DNA of 64,000 nucleotides from an uncultured Chlamydiales bacterium (GTDB lineage Bacteria; Chlamydiota; Chlamydiia; Chlamydiales; Rhabdochlamydiaceae): NCBI GenBank assembly GCA_963700985.1, contig OY969554.1, positions 1,120,001 to 1,184,000 of the forward strand, read 5' to 3'. Shown piece by piece: positions 53,028 to 64,000 of this stretch (position 1 is its first letter; each line of letters starts with the position of its first letter). The notes under the pieces were generated by a model. It saw only the letters and a program-made list of their open reading frames with translations, ran no database searches and was not told where the DNA came from. The position numbers and the translations under genes were made by a program.

Positions 53028-56000
53028 TTATGGTGTTGCGATGTTTGCAGTGGAAAAATCTACATGCCCTGTCTTTGGGTTGACGGCTACTTTTAAGCGC
53101 TGTTTACGCTGGAACTGCTGCACTTCATAATAAATCGGAATGATCGGCATCTCGTGCAGAAGGATCTCTTCTGCTTCGCGCAAATAGTTAAGCCGTTGCG
53201 TGCGATCTACCTCTTTGTCCGCGGCATCAAGGCGCTTCTGGTAACGCTCATCTTCCCACTGAGCAAAGTTGACTTTCTCAGAGGCATACCGGAAAGCATT
53301 TAAAGTATAGATTGGATCGTTAATCCACGACTTCCAGCTTATGCCTCCAATTTGGTAATCACCATGTGTCATTTTATCGAAAATAGTATTCCATTCATAA
53401 CTATCAACGCGGCAATGAATCCCAAAAAGTTTTTGCCATTGACGAGCAATGAGTGGTGCGGCCTTGTCAGCTATACCTCCCTTAGTTTGAATAAGAGTAA
53501 TCACTGGAAACTCTTCGCGCGTTATACCTAGCTCCTGTAATGACTCTTCAAAAAGGCGAAGAGCACTCTCACTATCACCATCGACTATTCCTTGGTCATG
53601 AAGCTGTGTGAGGACAAGAGGTAAGGGAGTTATCGCACTTGAACCATCATATCGCAGCTCTTCGATAAGAGACTTTCGATTTAACGCATAGGCGAGAGCC
53701 CTTCTGAGTTTTGGGTGATTAAAAGGAAAAAGCCTAACGTTGAAGACATACCAAAAGATTCGCGGAGTTGAACAATACTCTGCTTTACCCGCTAAGCCTG
53801 TCGTAAATGAAGGGTCCCAAGCTCTTAGAGGACGTCCCACCCAATCGGTTTCGTCATTCTTAAACATCTGAAGGGCCGTATAACTATCATTTTGCGTTAC
53901 AAGCACCTGATCAAGTGAGACTCGTTCTTTATCCCAGTAAAGAGGATTTCTAATCAGTTCATAGCCGTGAGTTACACTACGCTTCTTTAGTTGGAAAGGA
54001 CCATTACAAACATATCCTCGGCCCTCCTGATCTGACCAATTTGGATGGATTTTATCAATCTTATGATTCACAGGAGTATACAAGGTGAGAGCAGCGAGTT
54101 CTAAAAAGTAAGGCGCGGGGTTTTCAAGTTCTACCACGAGCGTACGTTCATTCAGAGCTTTAACTCCAACCTCATCAAGAGAAACACTTCCTTCTTTCGC
54201 GTTTTTGGCATTTTTAATCGCATAGAAGAGATACGCAAAAGTTGTAGAAAAACCCGGCGAAAGAATTTTCTTCCAAGAATACTCAAAATCAAAAGCAGTG
54301 ACAGGATCGCTATTTGTCCAGAGACTATCACGCAAATGAAAGGTATATTGCCGCTTGTCAGCCGAAATCTCAAAACTTTTGGCCAGCGCACACGCTGGTT
54401 TGCCATCGCTGCCAATGCGCATGAGCCCCTCAAAGAGCAGTTCGATGAGTCGTTCAGAGTCTTCGTCCCCTCCGATACGCGGATCAAGCGAGATCGGAAA
54501 GTAAAGATAACTTAAACGCAAGATCTGCTGACTACAGATTTTATGCTGCCAGGTAGATAAGGCCAGCTTTATTATATCTAAAAACTTGCGCTGCCGTTCT
54601 GGGTCGGAGCAATCGTAAATGAAACCGCTGCAATATGACCCTTGAATATCTACGTGCGTAGAACAAAGAGATTTTGGAAAAAGCTCAAGTTCACTCAAGC
54701 TACGCTGAATATACTCTCTAAATGAGACCTCTCGGGCGCGAATCAGCACAAAAGTATTCTCGCCCCTCTTCTCGCTTTTAAAGACGTAACTTTCTCTCTT
54801 GGGAAGCTCTTCTGAGATAGCTTCTAAGAGTAGGCGGAAAAGGGTATGGAGCTGCTCAAGCGGCAATGTAGCTTGGATCTCAATTGGAGTAAGCGCATAG
54901 AAAAAATCTTCCAGAAGATCGGGATGATGAAGCGATGTAACTGGAAATGCCTCTTTAAGTTGAGAAAACTGCTCGACCTGTTGAAGAATCATTCCTCCAT
55001 TATAATCGCGCACCTCACCCACTGCCTTGTTTAAGATCTCCATCACATTCTGGCGAGCGAGATAAAAGTTAACCGAAGAGTCAGCGCGTAAAAGTGAAGA
55101 TTCTTTTGGAATACGCAGGCGGAAAGTGTTTGCTTCTTTGGGATACTTCTTACGCAAATACCCAACGATTTGGACGCGGTCTATTTGGAAATCTGCAGAT
55201 TCATCCCCTTCGCGAAAGAGCTGATCTAAAGATTTAGCATTCTTATGCAGAAGTCTGACTAGCACAATCGTAAAAACTAGATCGCTACCGGATTGCTGCT
55301 CTAAGGTAATCATCACTTGCGGAAGATCTGAGAAATATTTCAACTCTTGGCTTAAGATCAGAATGTTCTTCATGATCTCTTCTTCATTGCGCATCATGAA
55401 CACAGCAGGAATGAGTTTTTCTACGCTCGCTTTAAGTTCGTTCGGCAACAGCCTTTTAAGCATTCCCCTTTCATGTACATCGATTGGTTCGCCATTTCGC
55501 TTTTCAATCTCAAGATAAAGGGTGCGAATCATGTCATGTGGAGACTGATAGACATAAAAAGAGCCTTTTACCGATTGCACGTGAGGAATGATCTTTTGAA
55601 CCGCTAGTAGAATATGTTTCTCTTCAAAGAACTCATTACGATCGAGCAGACAGATTCCAATCATGAGTCCGACTACTGATTTTGTGCCAAAAAGGAATTG
55701 TAAACGCGTCTGGGCCAAACGCAACTTGAGATGCCGCTCGTTTGGAAAGAGGGCTACAGAACGCGCAATGAACTTACGCTTTATATGATGTGCGGCAAGC
55801 ACTTTAGCTAGGTGTCTTGAAGATCTACTTTCCAAAAACTCTTTCGATGAGAGAGCCAGAAGCCGTTTTAGCTCCATGAAAATTGTCTGATCGAAGAGGT
55901 GGGGAAATTTTTTGATGAGGTTTGCGAGATCTTGAAAGATTAGGGGCGCCTTGAAATCATCGGAAAGATTTTTTACTTCAAGATAGCTGCGTGCAAGATG

Positions 56001-56522
56001 AGGAGCACGCATTGCCTGCCGAACTTCTTGAGTGAGTTGCGGCATGTTGTTTTTGAAATCATTGAGCTGCATGGCATCATCCGCGAGGATCTTGACGTGC
56101 ATACCGAGAAAGCTCTCATGCGGTAAATTCTCGAAATGGAAATAGAGATGCTGTGTCGAGAGAATGCTGATTTCTTTATTAGGGATAAGGCGAGTGTGCA
56201 GAAACTGTACAAGCAGTGTTTCTGCTTTATATTGCTTTGATGCCCGGCAGAAGAGAAAAAGCGAGAAAATCTCTGGCACAGTGTCGGGCAACTTTGCGGT
56301 AACGAGAGGAAAAACATCTTCGACCCAGGTAAGAAAATCGTGCTCATCTTCAAAGCAGCTGCGTTTCGGCACGATCTCGCCTAAAACTTCCTCAAAGGAG
56401 CGCAAATACTCCTCTAGAAGAGGAGCGTTTTTTTGATTGCCGAATTGCGGACGGATCCTCCAAAGAAAACATTGCGCGCTATTTTCTTTTGGGGTCCGCG
56501 AAAGTGGAGAGTCTGTGTGCAT
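53028..56522 (-). CDS. Fusion protein: about 650-aa uncharacterised N-terminal region plus family-5 peptide-binding (OppA-like) domain, no signal peptide
   Basis: The C-terminal half has SLDPR, LFEGL, YTFHLR...WTN.DPVTAFDFEYSW, NGPF, NP.YW, PFN.PKLRRAL and EMPIIPIYY. The N-terminus is polar, with no hydrophobic signal or lipobox. Confidence 0.85.
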   Translation of the reverse strand: MHTDSPLSRTPKENSAQCFLWRIRPQFGNQKNAPLLEEYLRSFEEVLGEIVPKRSCFEDEHDFLTWVEDVFPLVTAKLPDTVPEIFSLFLFCRASKQYKAETLLVQFLHTRLIPNKEISILSTQHLYFHFENLPHESFLGMHVKILADDAMQLNDFKNNMPQLTQEVRQAMRAPHLARSYLEVKNLSDDFKAPLIFQDLANLIKKFPHLFDQTIFMELKRLLALSSKEFLESRSSRHLAKVLAAHHIKRKFIARSVALFPNERHLKLRLAQTRLQFLFGTKSVVGLMIGICLLDRNEFFEEKHILLAVQKIIPHVQSVKGSFYVYQSPHDMIRTLYLEIEKRNGEPIDVHERGMLKRLLPNELKASVEKLIPAVFMMRNEEEIMKNILILSQELKYFSDLPQVMITLEQQSGSDLVFTIVLVRLLHKNAKSLDQLFREGDESADFQIDRVQIVGYLRKKYPKEANTFRLRIPKESSLLRADSSVNFYLARQNVMEILNKAVGEVRDYNGGMILQQVEQFSQLKEAFPVTSLHHPDLLEDFFYALTPIEIQATLPLEQLHTLFRLLLEAISEELPKRESYVFKSEKRGENTFVLIRAREVSFREYIQRSLSELELFPKSLCSTHVDIQGSYCSGFIYDCSDPERQRKFLDIIKLALSTWQHKICSQQILRLSYLYFPISLDPRIGGDEDSERLIELLFEGLMRIGSDGKPACALAKSFEISADKRQYTFHLRDSLWTNSDPVTAFDFEYSWKKILSPGFSTTFAYLFYAIKNAKNAKEGSVSLDEVGVKALNERTLVVELENPAPYFLELAALTLYTPVNHKIDKIHPNWSDQEGRGYVCNGPFQLKKRSVTHGYELIRNPLYWDKERVSLDQVLVTQNDSYTALQMFKNDETDWVGRPLRAWDPSFTTGLAGKAEYCSTPRIFWYVFNVRLFPFNHPKLRRALAYALNRKSLIEELRYDGSSAITPLPLVLTQLHDQGIVDGDSESALRLFEESLQELGITREEFPVITLIQTKGGIADKAAPLIARQWQKLFGIHCRVDSYEWNTIFDKMTHGDYQIGGISWKSWINDPIYTLNAFRYASEKVNFAQWEDERYQKRLDAADKEVDRTQRLNYLREAEEILLHEMPIIPIYYEVQQFQRKQRLKVAVNPKTGHVDFSTANIATP

Positions 56523-56638
56523 CAATTAAGTCAGTTCTGGTGAAGACTATTAAAAAGACAAAAAAGATTTATTTAAATACTTATTTCATCTACTCTAGCG
56601 TTTTCTACTACAAGTTTAACGGAAAGAGAACTCTTTCG

Positions 56639-58279
56639 ATGCTCTTTTTTAAAAAAATAATATCACCTAAACTTAAGACAGCCCTGTTATTTATGTGTCT
56701 ATTTGCATTTCTAGGATGCAGCAAAAATGACAATAGCTCTACATCTTCAAAAAAGTCATCCGGAGATCTTCTTCCAATTAGCTTTGGAACAGAAATCCGC
56801 TCTCTAGATCCGAGCATCGGCATCGATGGTCAGTCCCAGGTTACCATTAAGATGCTTTTTGAAGGACTTATGACATTTGACTTAAAGGGGAATTTAATCC
56901 CAGCTCTTGCTAGGAGTTACAACATTTCTGCAGATCTTAAAACCTACACGTTTACTTTACGTGACTGCAATTGGTCAAATGGTGAACCGATCACTGCATA
57001 TGACTTTGAATATTCCTGGAAAAAAATAATTGGGGGGAATGGAAAGGGATCATCTGTACATAACTACTACCCAATCAAAAACGTTCGAAGCATTATCAAA
57101 GGTGAAAAAAGTGTGGATGAAGCAGGAGTGAAGGCTATAGACGCCAAAACTTTCGTTGTCGAGCTAGAATATCCCGCTCCTTATTTCCTTGAAGCTGTGG
57201 CGACTTGTTCATTTTTTCCTGTAAATGCTAAAATAGACAAAACTTATCCTGAATGGGTAACGCAGGTGGGTGATCTTTTTATCTGTAGTGGCCCTTTCGT
57301 ACTTGAAAAACACAAACATAATGATGAGCTCATTCTGCTCAAAAATCCGGAATATTGGGATGCTGAGCATGTTAAACTCCCCGGCATCAAAATTGCCATT
57401 GTCAAAGAAGCCAACACTCAGCTCATCATGTATGAAAAGGGAGAGTTAGCATGGATAGGCAAACCATTTTCATTACTTCCTCCTGATGCTGTTCCTACAC
57501 TTAAAAACCATCATGAGTTCTGCTTTGTACCTTCTATGGGCGTACACTGGTATTTCATTAACACTGGAATCTTTCCTTTTAATAATAAAAAAATGAGGAA
57601 GGCATTTTCATATGCGATCGATCGCAAAAAAATTACAGATCATGTTGTACAAACAGGAGAGGAGCCAGCTTTTGGAGTTCTTCCTAAAACTTTAGAAATA
57701 AGCTCTGTTCCTTATTTTTCCGATAATAACCTTACTGAAGCCCGAAAGCTCTTTGCGGAAGCTTTGCAAGAATTAGGCATCACAAAAGAGCAACTACCCC
57801 AAATCGTTTTAAGCTATCATACCCACGAGTACCATCAGCGCACCGCACAAGTCATCCAAGAGCAGTGGGAAAATGCTTTTGGCATCCAGGTTAAGCTTGA
57901 ACAAGAAGAATGGAAGGTCCACTATCAAAAACTGCTAAGCGGTAATTATCAAATCGGCTGCATGAGCTGGCATTCCTGGCTGCGCGATCCGATCTACATC
58001 ATGCAGACCTTCCGCTACCGCTTTGATGGGATTAACATGTCTCGCTGGGAAAATCCTCAATATCAGCGCCTATTAGACGCCGCCGAACAAGAGTCTAACA
58101 AAGAAAAACGCCGCGCGATCTTTTTTGAAGCTGAAAAGCTGCTCATGGAAGAGATGCCCATCATCCCAATCTATTTTACCTCGATCTGCTACGCCAAAAA
58201 AAATGGTTTAAAAGACGTCTATGTATCTGATCTTAACCAGATCGATTTTCGCTGGGCTTCCTTTGAAGATCAGCATTAG
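56639..58279 (+). CDS. oppA: Oligopeptide ABC transporter substrate-binding lipoprotein
   Basis: Lipobox AFLGC, with SLDP, LFEGL, WSNGEPITAYDFEYSW, SGPF and NPEYWD motifs. Confidence 0.9.
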   Translation: MLFFKKIISPKLKTALLFMCLFAFLGCSKNDNSSTSSKKSSGDLLPISFGTEIRSLDPSIGIDGQSQVTIKMLFEGLMTFDLKGNLIPALARSYNISADLKTYTFTLRDCNWSNGEPITAYDFEYSWKKIIGGNGKGSSVHNYYPIKNVRSIIKGEKSVDEAGVKAIDAKTFVVELEYPAPYFLEAVATCSFFPVNAKIDKTYPEWVTQVGDLFICSGPFVLEKHKHNDELILLKNPEYWDAEHVKLPGIKIAIVKEANTQLIMYEKGELAWIGKPFSLLPPDAVPTLKNHHEFCFVPSMGVHWYFINTGIFPFNNKKMRKAFSYAIDRKKITDHVVQTGEEPAFGVLPKTLEISSVPYFSDNNLTEARKLFAEALQELGITKEQLPQIVLSYHTHEYHQRTAQVIQEQWENAFGIQVKLEQEEWKVHYQKLLSGNYQIGCMSWHSWLRDPIYIMQTFRYRFDGINMSRWENPQYQRLLDAAEQESNKEKRRAIFFEAEKLLMEEMPIIPIYFTSICYAKKNGLKDVYVSDLNQIDFRWASFEDQH

Positions 58280-59917
58280 TTATTCCTGCTCATCCACTCT
58301 CTGTCCACTTTGTCTTTGAAAAGTCTTAATCCCTAAGAGCTGAAGCATTTCATCTGAGCGAACAAGCCAAGCAAAGCCGATCAAGGAGCTGAGAAAGAGT
58401 AAGCCCAAAGCTCCACAATGAAGCATTTGAGCTGAAAGATCTGTTGAAAAAACCACTTCTTTTCCGGTTATAACCGCCAGCGTTGGGTCGTTAAAAAAGA
58501 AATATCCCGCAAAAAGCGTCAAGGTAGAGGCGGAAAGTGTGGCCACGCTAATTTTGATCAAGCCACGTAGAAATGTGCGATCGAAAAGTGAGCCTATGTG
58601 CTGTTGCAAATGTTTTTTGAGATAGAGGAAGTTGAACGCGGCAGCCACGCTTGTGGCAACTGCAATGGCCGAGGCTCCCCAATGGAATAAATAGACGAGA
58701 AGCGTATTGAGCAGGACATTCAGCAAAACGGACAGAATGGCGGCTTTGGTGGGCAATCTAAAATCTTTCCGAGCATAGAATGCTGGCGCGAGTAGCAGCA
58801 CAAAAACTGCAGGTATAAGACCAACTATATATCCCCAAAGGCACAGAAGTGTTTCATAGGTGGCGGTTTGAGTAAAGTCGCCATGTCCATAGAGCAGGTT
58901 AACTATGGCAGCTCCTCCCACAAACAGGGCAAAGGTAGCGGGGAGAATGAAGCTTAAACAGCGGATCAAAGAAGAGTGTAGCAGCTCTCGAAACTTCTCC
59001 CAGTCAGCCGCTTCGCCAGCACGAGATAGAGAAGGAAGAAGAGCTGAGGAGAGCGCGATGCCAAAAAGAGCTAAAGGCAGCTGATAGATGCGAATCGCAT
59101 ACCAGAGATACGCTGGTCCCTCAAGCGAAGCGGCGCGAGCAAAGAGCGCGTCAAGCGTACTATTAACTTGAACAGCTCCTATACCGGCTACTCCCAAGAA
59201 GAAAGGTGAGATGACGCGGCGCATCTCTGCTGAAAAAAGCTTAGGACGGAAAAATTCTTTTAGAGGTAGAGCCTTGCGGAAAAACTCCATGGTCTTTGGC
59301 GCTGTCATCATCCATTGCATGAAAAAAGCTAGAACGATTGCCACCGAAAGTGGTGCCATGGCTTGCATGGCCCCCCGCTCTTTTAGCCACCAGATACCAG
59401 CTATCCAGACAGCGTTGAAGGCCACAGGTGCAAACCCCGATAGAAAAAATTGCTTTTCGCACTGTAAGAGTGCCGCCCCCAAACCGAATAGGCAGATAAA
59501 CAGAATGCCAGGCATCATCAGCATCACTAATTGAAGAATCTGTGCTGTATTCTCCCCCACGCCGATTTTAAGCCAGCCCCACAGACCAACTTCGATGCTT
59601 AAAATTATCACTACCAACAAGACAAGTAAGGAGAAGAAAATGTCTCGAAAAAAACGCGCGCTTTTCTGTTCCGATTGAACGCGCAACGCTTCAAAGTGTG
59701 GAATGAAGCCGTTTGACATCTGCCCCTCACCGAAGAGCCTTCGAATGAGGTTGGAAAAGCGAAAAGCCACCATAAAAGCAGCGACAGCGGGATGGCTGCC
59801 AAAGCACCAGGCCATAGAGAGGTCGCGCAAAAGTCCGGTGACACGACTAAGCAGTGTCCCGGTTAAAAAGTGGAATGCAGATTTAAAAACTGTGGCGGAC
59901 GGCTCTTGTTGCTTCAC
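58280..59917 (-). CDS. murJ: Lipid II flippase MurJ/MviN
   Basis: LLSRVTGLLRD, AF.VAFR.SN..RRLFGEG, YAIRIYQLPLALFG, LLP.LS and AFYARKD motifs. Confidence 0.95.
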   Translation of the reverse strand: MKQQEPSATVFKSAFHFLTGTLLSRVTGLLRDLSMAWCFGSHPAVAAFMVAFRFSNLIRRLFGEGQMSNGFIPHFEALRVQSEQKSARFFRDIFFSLLVLLVVIILSIEVGLWGWLKIGVGENTAQILQLVMLMMPGILFICLFGLGAALLQCEKQFFLSGFAPVAFNAVWIAGIWWLKERGAMQAMAPLSVAIVLAFFMQWMMTAPKTMEFFRKALPLKEFFRPKLFSAEMRRVISPFFLGVAGIGAVQVNSTLDALFARAASLEGPAYLWYAIRIYQLPLALFGIALSSALLPSLSRAGEAADWEKFRELLHSSLIRCLSFILPATFALFVGGAAIVNLLYGHGDFTQTATYETLLCLWGYIVGLIPAVFVLLLAPAFYARKDFRLPTKAAILSVLLNVLLNTLLVYLFHWGASAIAVATSVAAAFNFLYLKKHLQQHIGSLFDRTFLRGLIKISVATLSASTLTLFAGYFFFNDPTLAVITGKEVVFSTDLSAQMLHCGALGLLFLSSLIGFAWLVRSDEMLQLLGIKTFQRQSGQRVDEQE

Positions 59918-59978
59918 TTAAAACCATTGTAAAGTTGCCTCTTTTCTCCTACAATTTAGCTTTTTTTGGAACCTAAAT

Positions 59979-60839
59979 ATGAAAAAAATTCCTGCGGATG
60001 AATTACTCCTCGGTGCGCATACCTCAATTGCAGGCGGCGTACATAAGGCTCTTTTAGAGGGGCAGTCGATCGGCGCCACCACAGTTCAGATCTTCACGAG
60101 TAACCAGCGCCAATGGGCTGGCAGGCCTATTCCCGAAGCTGAAGTCGCACTCTGGTTTAAAACATTAAAAGAGACTGGCCTGAAAAAGATCATGAGTCAT
60201 GATAGCTATCTGATCAATCTCGGTTCTACAAGTGACGATAGCCTGCAAAAAAGCCGCAATGCATTTAAAGAGGAAATTCAGCGCTGCCATTTGCTGGACA
60301 TCACCTACCTAAATTTTCATCCAGGCGCTGCACTTGATGGCACGGAAGAGCAGTGTTTAAACAGGATTTCCGAGAGCTTGCTCGAGATGGAGCCCTTACT
60401 CGCAAAAGGTTCTACACGGCTGCTTTTAGAAGCCACGGCAGGCCAAGGCTCTTCGGTGGGCTACAAATTCGAACATCTCGGCTACATCATCGATCGCGTG
60501 CATAAAAAAATTCCTGTGGGAGTTTGTATCGACACCTGCCATATTTTTTCTGCAGGCTACGACATTCGCACTAAGCAAGGCTGGGATGAGACGTTGAAAG
60601 ATTTTGAGCGCATTGTGGGCCTCAAACATCTCTATGCTTTTCACATAAACGATTCGATGAAACCCCTAGGTTCAAAACGCGATCGCCACGCTCCTTTGGG
60701 CAAAGGTGAAATCGGCTTGGAATGCTTCAACACCATGATGACCCATCCCGATATGCGCGATCTGCCTAAATATTTAGAAACTCCTTTCGGCCCCGACTTG
60801 TGGCGCGAAGAAATCCAAATGCTCAGAGGCCTTGCATGA
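59979..60839 (+). CDS. nfo: Endonuclease IV
   Basis: [47 protein letters not shown] and LETP motifs. Confidence 0.96.
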   Translation: MKKIPADELLLGAHTSIAGGVHKALLEGQSIGATTVQIFTSNQRQWAGRPIPEAEVALWFKTLKETGLKKIMSHDSYLINLGSTSDDSLQKSRNAFKEEIQRCHLLDITYLNFHPGAALDGTEEQCLNRISESLLEMEPLLAKGSTRLLLEATAGQGSSVGYKFEHLGYIIDRVHKKIPVGVCIDTCHIFSAGYDIRTKQGWDETLKDFERIVGLKHLYAFHINDSMKPLGSKRDRHAPLGKGEIGLECFNTMMTHPDMRDLPKYLETPFGPDLWREEIQMLRGLA

Positions 60840-62224
60840 AACACACTAAAATTAAAATGATCCAACCGACTGATCTCGGAAAGACGCTCACTATATGCGG
60901 CTGGATTCGGACGATGCGAGAACAGAAGAACTTCGCCTTTCTCGAACTGAACGATGGATCTACTTTAGCTTCGCTGCAAGTGATTGTTGAGCCCTCCCTG
61001 CCCAATTATGCAGAACTGCTGCCCCAATTAACTACCGGAGCCTCCGTTGCCATTACGGGCACGCTTGTGGAAAGTCCTGGCCAGAAACAGAAGTGGGAAT
61101 TAAAGGCACACGAGATCCATCTTTTTGGAACCTGCAGCACGGAAGATTATCCCCTGCAAAAAAAGCGTCACTCATTTGAGTTCTTGCGCACCATTGCCCA
61201 CTTACGGCCACGTACAAACACGCAAGGCGCCGTTTTGCGCGTGCGCAATGCTCTTGCTACAGCTACGCATGCCTTTTTCCAAGAAAAAGGATTTCTCTAT
61301 GTGCATACGCCGATTATCACCGGTTCCGACTGCGAAGGCGGCGGCAAGCAGTTTGCAGTTTCAAGTCTTGATTTAAACAAGCCACCGCGCCTTTCAGATG
61401 GCTCTTTGGATTATTCTCAAGACTTCTTTGGCAAACCGACCTTCCTGACTGTTTCAGGGCAGCTGAACGGAGAAACAGTAGCCTGTGCGCTTTCTGATAT
61501 TTACACCTTCGGACCGACTTTCCGCGCTGAGCCCTCGCAAACCACTAGACACTTAGCTGAGTTTTGGATGATCGAACCAGAAATGGCTTTTGCAGACCTA
61601 GCTGACAATATGGATTGTGCTGAGAGCTATCTTAAGTTTGTGACCCAATATGCGCTTGAACATTGCAAGGAAGATCTAGAACTTTTCGATCAGTTCGTAG
61701 AAAAAGGGCTTCTAGCTCGCCTCACACACGTGGCAACCTCGCCTTTTGTGCGTCTCACTTATACTGAAGCTGTTGATATTCTGAAAAAATCAGGACGCAC
61801 GTTCAATTACCCTGTCGAATGGGGCATGGATTTGCAATCTGAACATGAGCGCTATCTGGCCGAAGAACACTGTAAAAAGCCTGTTATCCTCTATAACTAT
61901 CCAGAAAAAATTAAAGCTTTCTACATGCGCGCAAATGAAGATGGCAAGACGGTAGCTGCGATGGATGTGCTGGTGCCAAAAATTGGTGAAATCATCGGTG
62001 GCAGCCAGAGAGAAGAACGTCTTGATGTCTTGAAAAAGAAGATCGTCGATTTTGGCCTAAAGCCAGAAGACTACTGGTGGTATTTACAGCTCAGACAATA
62101 TGGCACAGTACCGCATGCAGGCTTCGGCGTTGGATTCGAGCGCCTCGTGCTTTTCATTACCGGCATGGAAAATATCCGCGATGTGATTCCTTTCCCACGT
62201 TTCATGGGTAGCGCTGAATTTTAA
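60836..62224 (+). CDS. asnS: Asparagine-tRNA ligase
   Basis: GWIRT.R, LNDGS, YPLQKK, HLRPRT, LTVSGQL, GPTFRAE...[21 protein letters not shown] and PHAGFG.GFER motifs. ATGA overlap with nfo. Confidence 0.96.
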   Translation: MKHTKIKMIQPTDLGKTLTICGWIRTMREQKNFAFLELNDGSTLASLQVIVEPSLPNYAELLPQLTTGASVAITGTLVESPGQKQKWELKAHEIHLFGTCSTEDYPLQKKRHSFEFLRTIAHLRPRTNTQGAVLRVRNALATATHAFFQEKGFLYVHTPIITGSDCEGGGKQFAVSSLDLNKPPRLSDGSLDYSQDFFGKPTFLTVSGQLNGETVACALSDIYTFGPTFRAEPSQTTRHLAEFWMIEPEMAFADLADNMDCAESYLKFVTQYALEHCKEDLELFDQFVEKGLLARLTHVATSPFVRLTYTEAVDILKKSGRTFNYPVEWGMDLQSEHERYLAEEHCKKPVILYNYPEKIKAFYMRANEDGKTVAAMDVLVPKIGEIIGGSQREERLDVLKKKIVDFGLKPEDYWWYLQLRQYGTVPHAGFGVGFERLVLFITGMENIRDVIPFPRFMGSAEF

Positions 62225-63336
62225 GCGCGTCTCTTGAGACCGCCTAACGCCGCGGCGCCCAATCCAAAAACGAGGACGGCCAGCGTGAGGATAAATCCGA
62301 AGTATGGAAGAGATGCCAAGATAAAATAGAAAACTAGCCCCACAGCTAATGCTGTGAGCCGTTTCATATGAAAGTGTGAGCGCTTCAACACCTCTTCTGT
62401 TGCCCACAAAATCGAGAAAATTTTTGCTGTATAAAATCCAATTACGTTAAGTGCAATTAACGTGAGCGCAAAGGGCACTCCAAGAATAGTCATCAGCAGG
62501 AGCAGCGAGGCAAGCGGGAGCAAAATCAGCAGCGTAAGCCCATAAGTTAAGGCCTTTATCGGCTGGCGAGAGAGCGCATCGAGCGCGGCATCGACGTTTT
62601 TAGGAAAAAGACGCAGCAAGATCCATCCGATCACAAAACTATAGATGAAGTTCATCAAGATCACAGCCAGTTTTGAGCCAGCTAATAACTTCTGAATCCA
62701 CCCACCTTTGAACACGCGATGTACAAAAGAGGGATGATGGATAATTTCTCCGCCAATTTTTGCATCTGGTTCGATAATGGCGTCATTGCTACTTCGATAT
62801 TCTACATCGCCGGCTATTGCGGCCTTAGATGAGATGCGCATCTTGCCCACATAAGCAAACAAACGCTCTCCGATCGTGCCAGAGATGCGTAGAGAAGATG
62901 CAGAAACTGAAACATCTTGATCAATTTGAGACGCTAATTCAACACTTCCTGCTGCGCAGACTAAGCCACCTTTAATGCGCGCCGACTGAGCGAGATGGAC
63001 ATTTCCCCCAACAGCGGTAACATTGTTCCCAACACTCCCACTGATAGTTACCTGTCCTGCCAGCACGCGAATGTTATGGTCCACGCGCCCTGACATGTCC
63101 ACATTTCCACCACAGATCAACAAGTCGCCCTTCACATGCCCATCGATGATTATCTGAGAGGCCAGCACATAGACGTCACCTTCGACTGTCCCTGAAATTT
63201 CTACGCTATTTCCCATGGCGAAATAGTTGCCGTGATGCACGGTATCCGCCGATAGAGTTACTAAACCAGAAACACGTTCATCTTCGGCAAAGACCACCGA
63301 GGAAAAGAATAAGAGTGAAATGATTAAACGTAACAT
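62221..63336 (-). CDS. Exported beta-helix (polymer-forming/bactofilin-like) protein with C-terminal membrane domain
   Basis: Signal peptide, repeated V.I.G.V.GD/N units and 4-5 C-terminal TM helices. Confidence 0.8.
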   Translation of the reverse strand: MLRLIISLLFFSSVVFAEDERVSGLVTLSADTVHHGNYFAMGNSVEISGTVEGDVYVLASQIIIDGHVKGDLLICGGNVDMSGRVDHNIRVLAGQVTISGSVGNNVTAVGGNVHLAQSARIKGGLVCAAGSVELASQIDQDVSVSASSLRISGTIGERLFAYVGKMRISSKAAIAGDVEYRSSNDAIIEPDAKIGGEIIHHPSFVHRVFKGGWIQKLLAGSKLAVILMNFIYSFVIGWILLRLFPKNVDAALDALSRQPIKALTYGLTLLILLPLASLLLLMTILGVPFALTLIALNVIGFYTAKIFSILWATEEVLKRSHFHMKRLTALAVGLVFYFILASLPYFGFILTLAVLVFGLGAAALGGLKRRA

Positions 63337-63998
63337 AGAACGCCTCTCTCCTCTTCTTTTTGCTGAAACACGCGCAGCTGCCTTTCAACCAAACCATGCA
63401 AGCTCTCTTTGCAAAGCAGGATCTCTTGTAAAAATCGACCCTCTTTAACACGTAAAAGCTGGCTGACCTCTTCGATATTGAAGAGTGTGATTTGGGGATG
63501 ACGTCCGATCTGTGGATCAACATTGCGTGGCACGCATAGATCGACTAAGAGACGGGTTTGAATGGGCTTTTCATTATTTAATTGCGCCGGTGTGATCAGA
63601 TAGTTGGTCTGATTTGTTCCGCAAATTACGACAGGAAAATCCTGCCAATGATTTAGCATCTGCCAGTCTATCAACTTAAGTTGACGATCAGAGTCTGTTA
63701 GTAGCTCCTGCGCGCTGTAGATCGAGCGTGTACAAAGCGTTAGGTTTTGCACACCCTTTCTTCTGAAAAATGTGAGGATTTTGCGATTAATGGCGGAATT
63801 TCCCACAAAAAGGACTGGGCACTGCTTATCTCCAAACTGTTCAAACAGGTGAAAAAGCGCTGATTCTATGCTGATGCTTCCCTTAGGGAAAAAAGTGGAA
63901 GAGCGAAGCTCCTTGGCAATCTTAAAACTTTTCTGGAAGAGGAAATGCAGTGCGCTAGGCAAAGAGGGACGATACAAAAGCGCATTTTCATAAGCCTT
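63324..63998 (-). CDS. hemA: Glutamyl-tRNA reductase, C-terminal part; runs off the window end
   Basis: KAYE...LFQKSFKIAKELR, VLFVG.S.I and LLVDLCVPRNVDP motifs. The frame is open to the window edge. Confidence 0.85.
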   Translation of the reverse strand, partial: KAYENALLYRPSLPSALHFLFQKSFKIAKELRSSTFFPKGSISIESALFHLFEQFGDKQCPVLFVGNSAINRKILTFFRRKGVQNLTLCTRSIYSAQELLTDSDRQLKLIDWQMLNHWQDFPVVICGTNQTNYLITPAQLNNEKPIQTRLLVDLCVPRNVDPQIGRHPQITLFNIEEVSQLLRVKEGRFLQEILLCKESLHGLVERQLRVFQQKEEERGVLCYV

Positions 63999-64000
63999 TT

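Noticed and set aside
1-64000. Many 60-126 aa ORFs antisense or out of frame to long genes
   Set aside because: They are shadow ORFs with no recognisable motifs, overlapping well-supported genes.

Overview
This 64 kb window is most likely from an environmental Chlamydiota genome. That call is an inference from the gene orders yidD-LysM-pheT-MORN lipoprotein-ogt and trhO-rpsD...murJ-nfo, plus a chlamydia-style load of eukaryote-like effectors. The left part (about 1-38 kb) is accessory. It holds three full-length, signal-peptide-bearing RHS/YD polymorphic toxins, each with a different C-terminal tip and its own downstream immunity-type gene. It also holds an orphan toxin-tip remnant with its immunity gene, a near-consensus CIRCE (HrcA) operator in front of an uncharacterised HEPN-like gene, and a PLP amino-acid decarboxylase plus MFS pair. 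A set of ubiquitin-system mimics is spread through it: two F-box-like LRR proteins, a RING plus two-TM MARCH-like protein, an F-box/beta-rich protein and a double U-box protein. The right part (about 38-64 kb) is mainly housekeeping: yidD, pheT lacking the B2 domain, ogt, SNF2, trhO, rpsD, MATE, oppA, murJ, nfo, asnS, hemA. It is interrupted by four tandem paralogous hydrophobic proteins, a stand-alone SH2-like protein and a signal-less 1164-aa OppA fusion. No rRNA, tRNA, CRISPR array or transposase/integrase was recognised. All family calls come from motif recognition by eye, without database searches.
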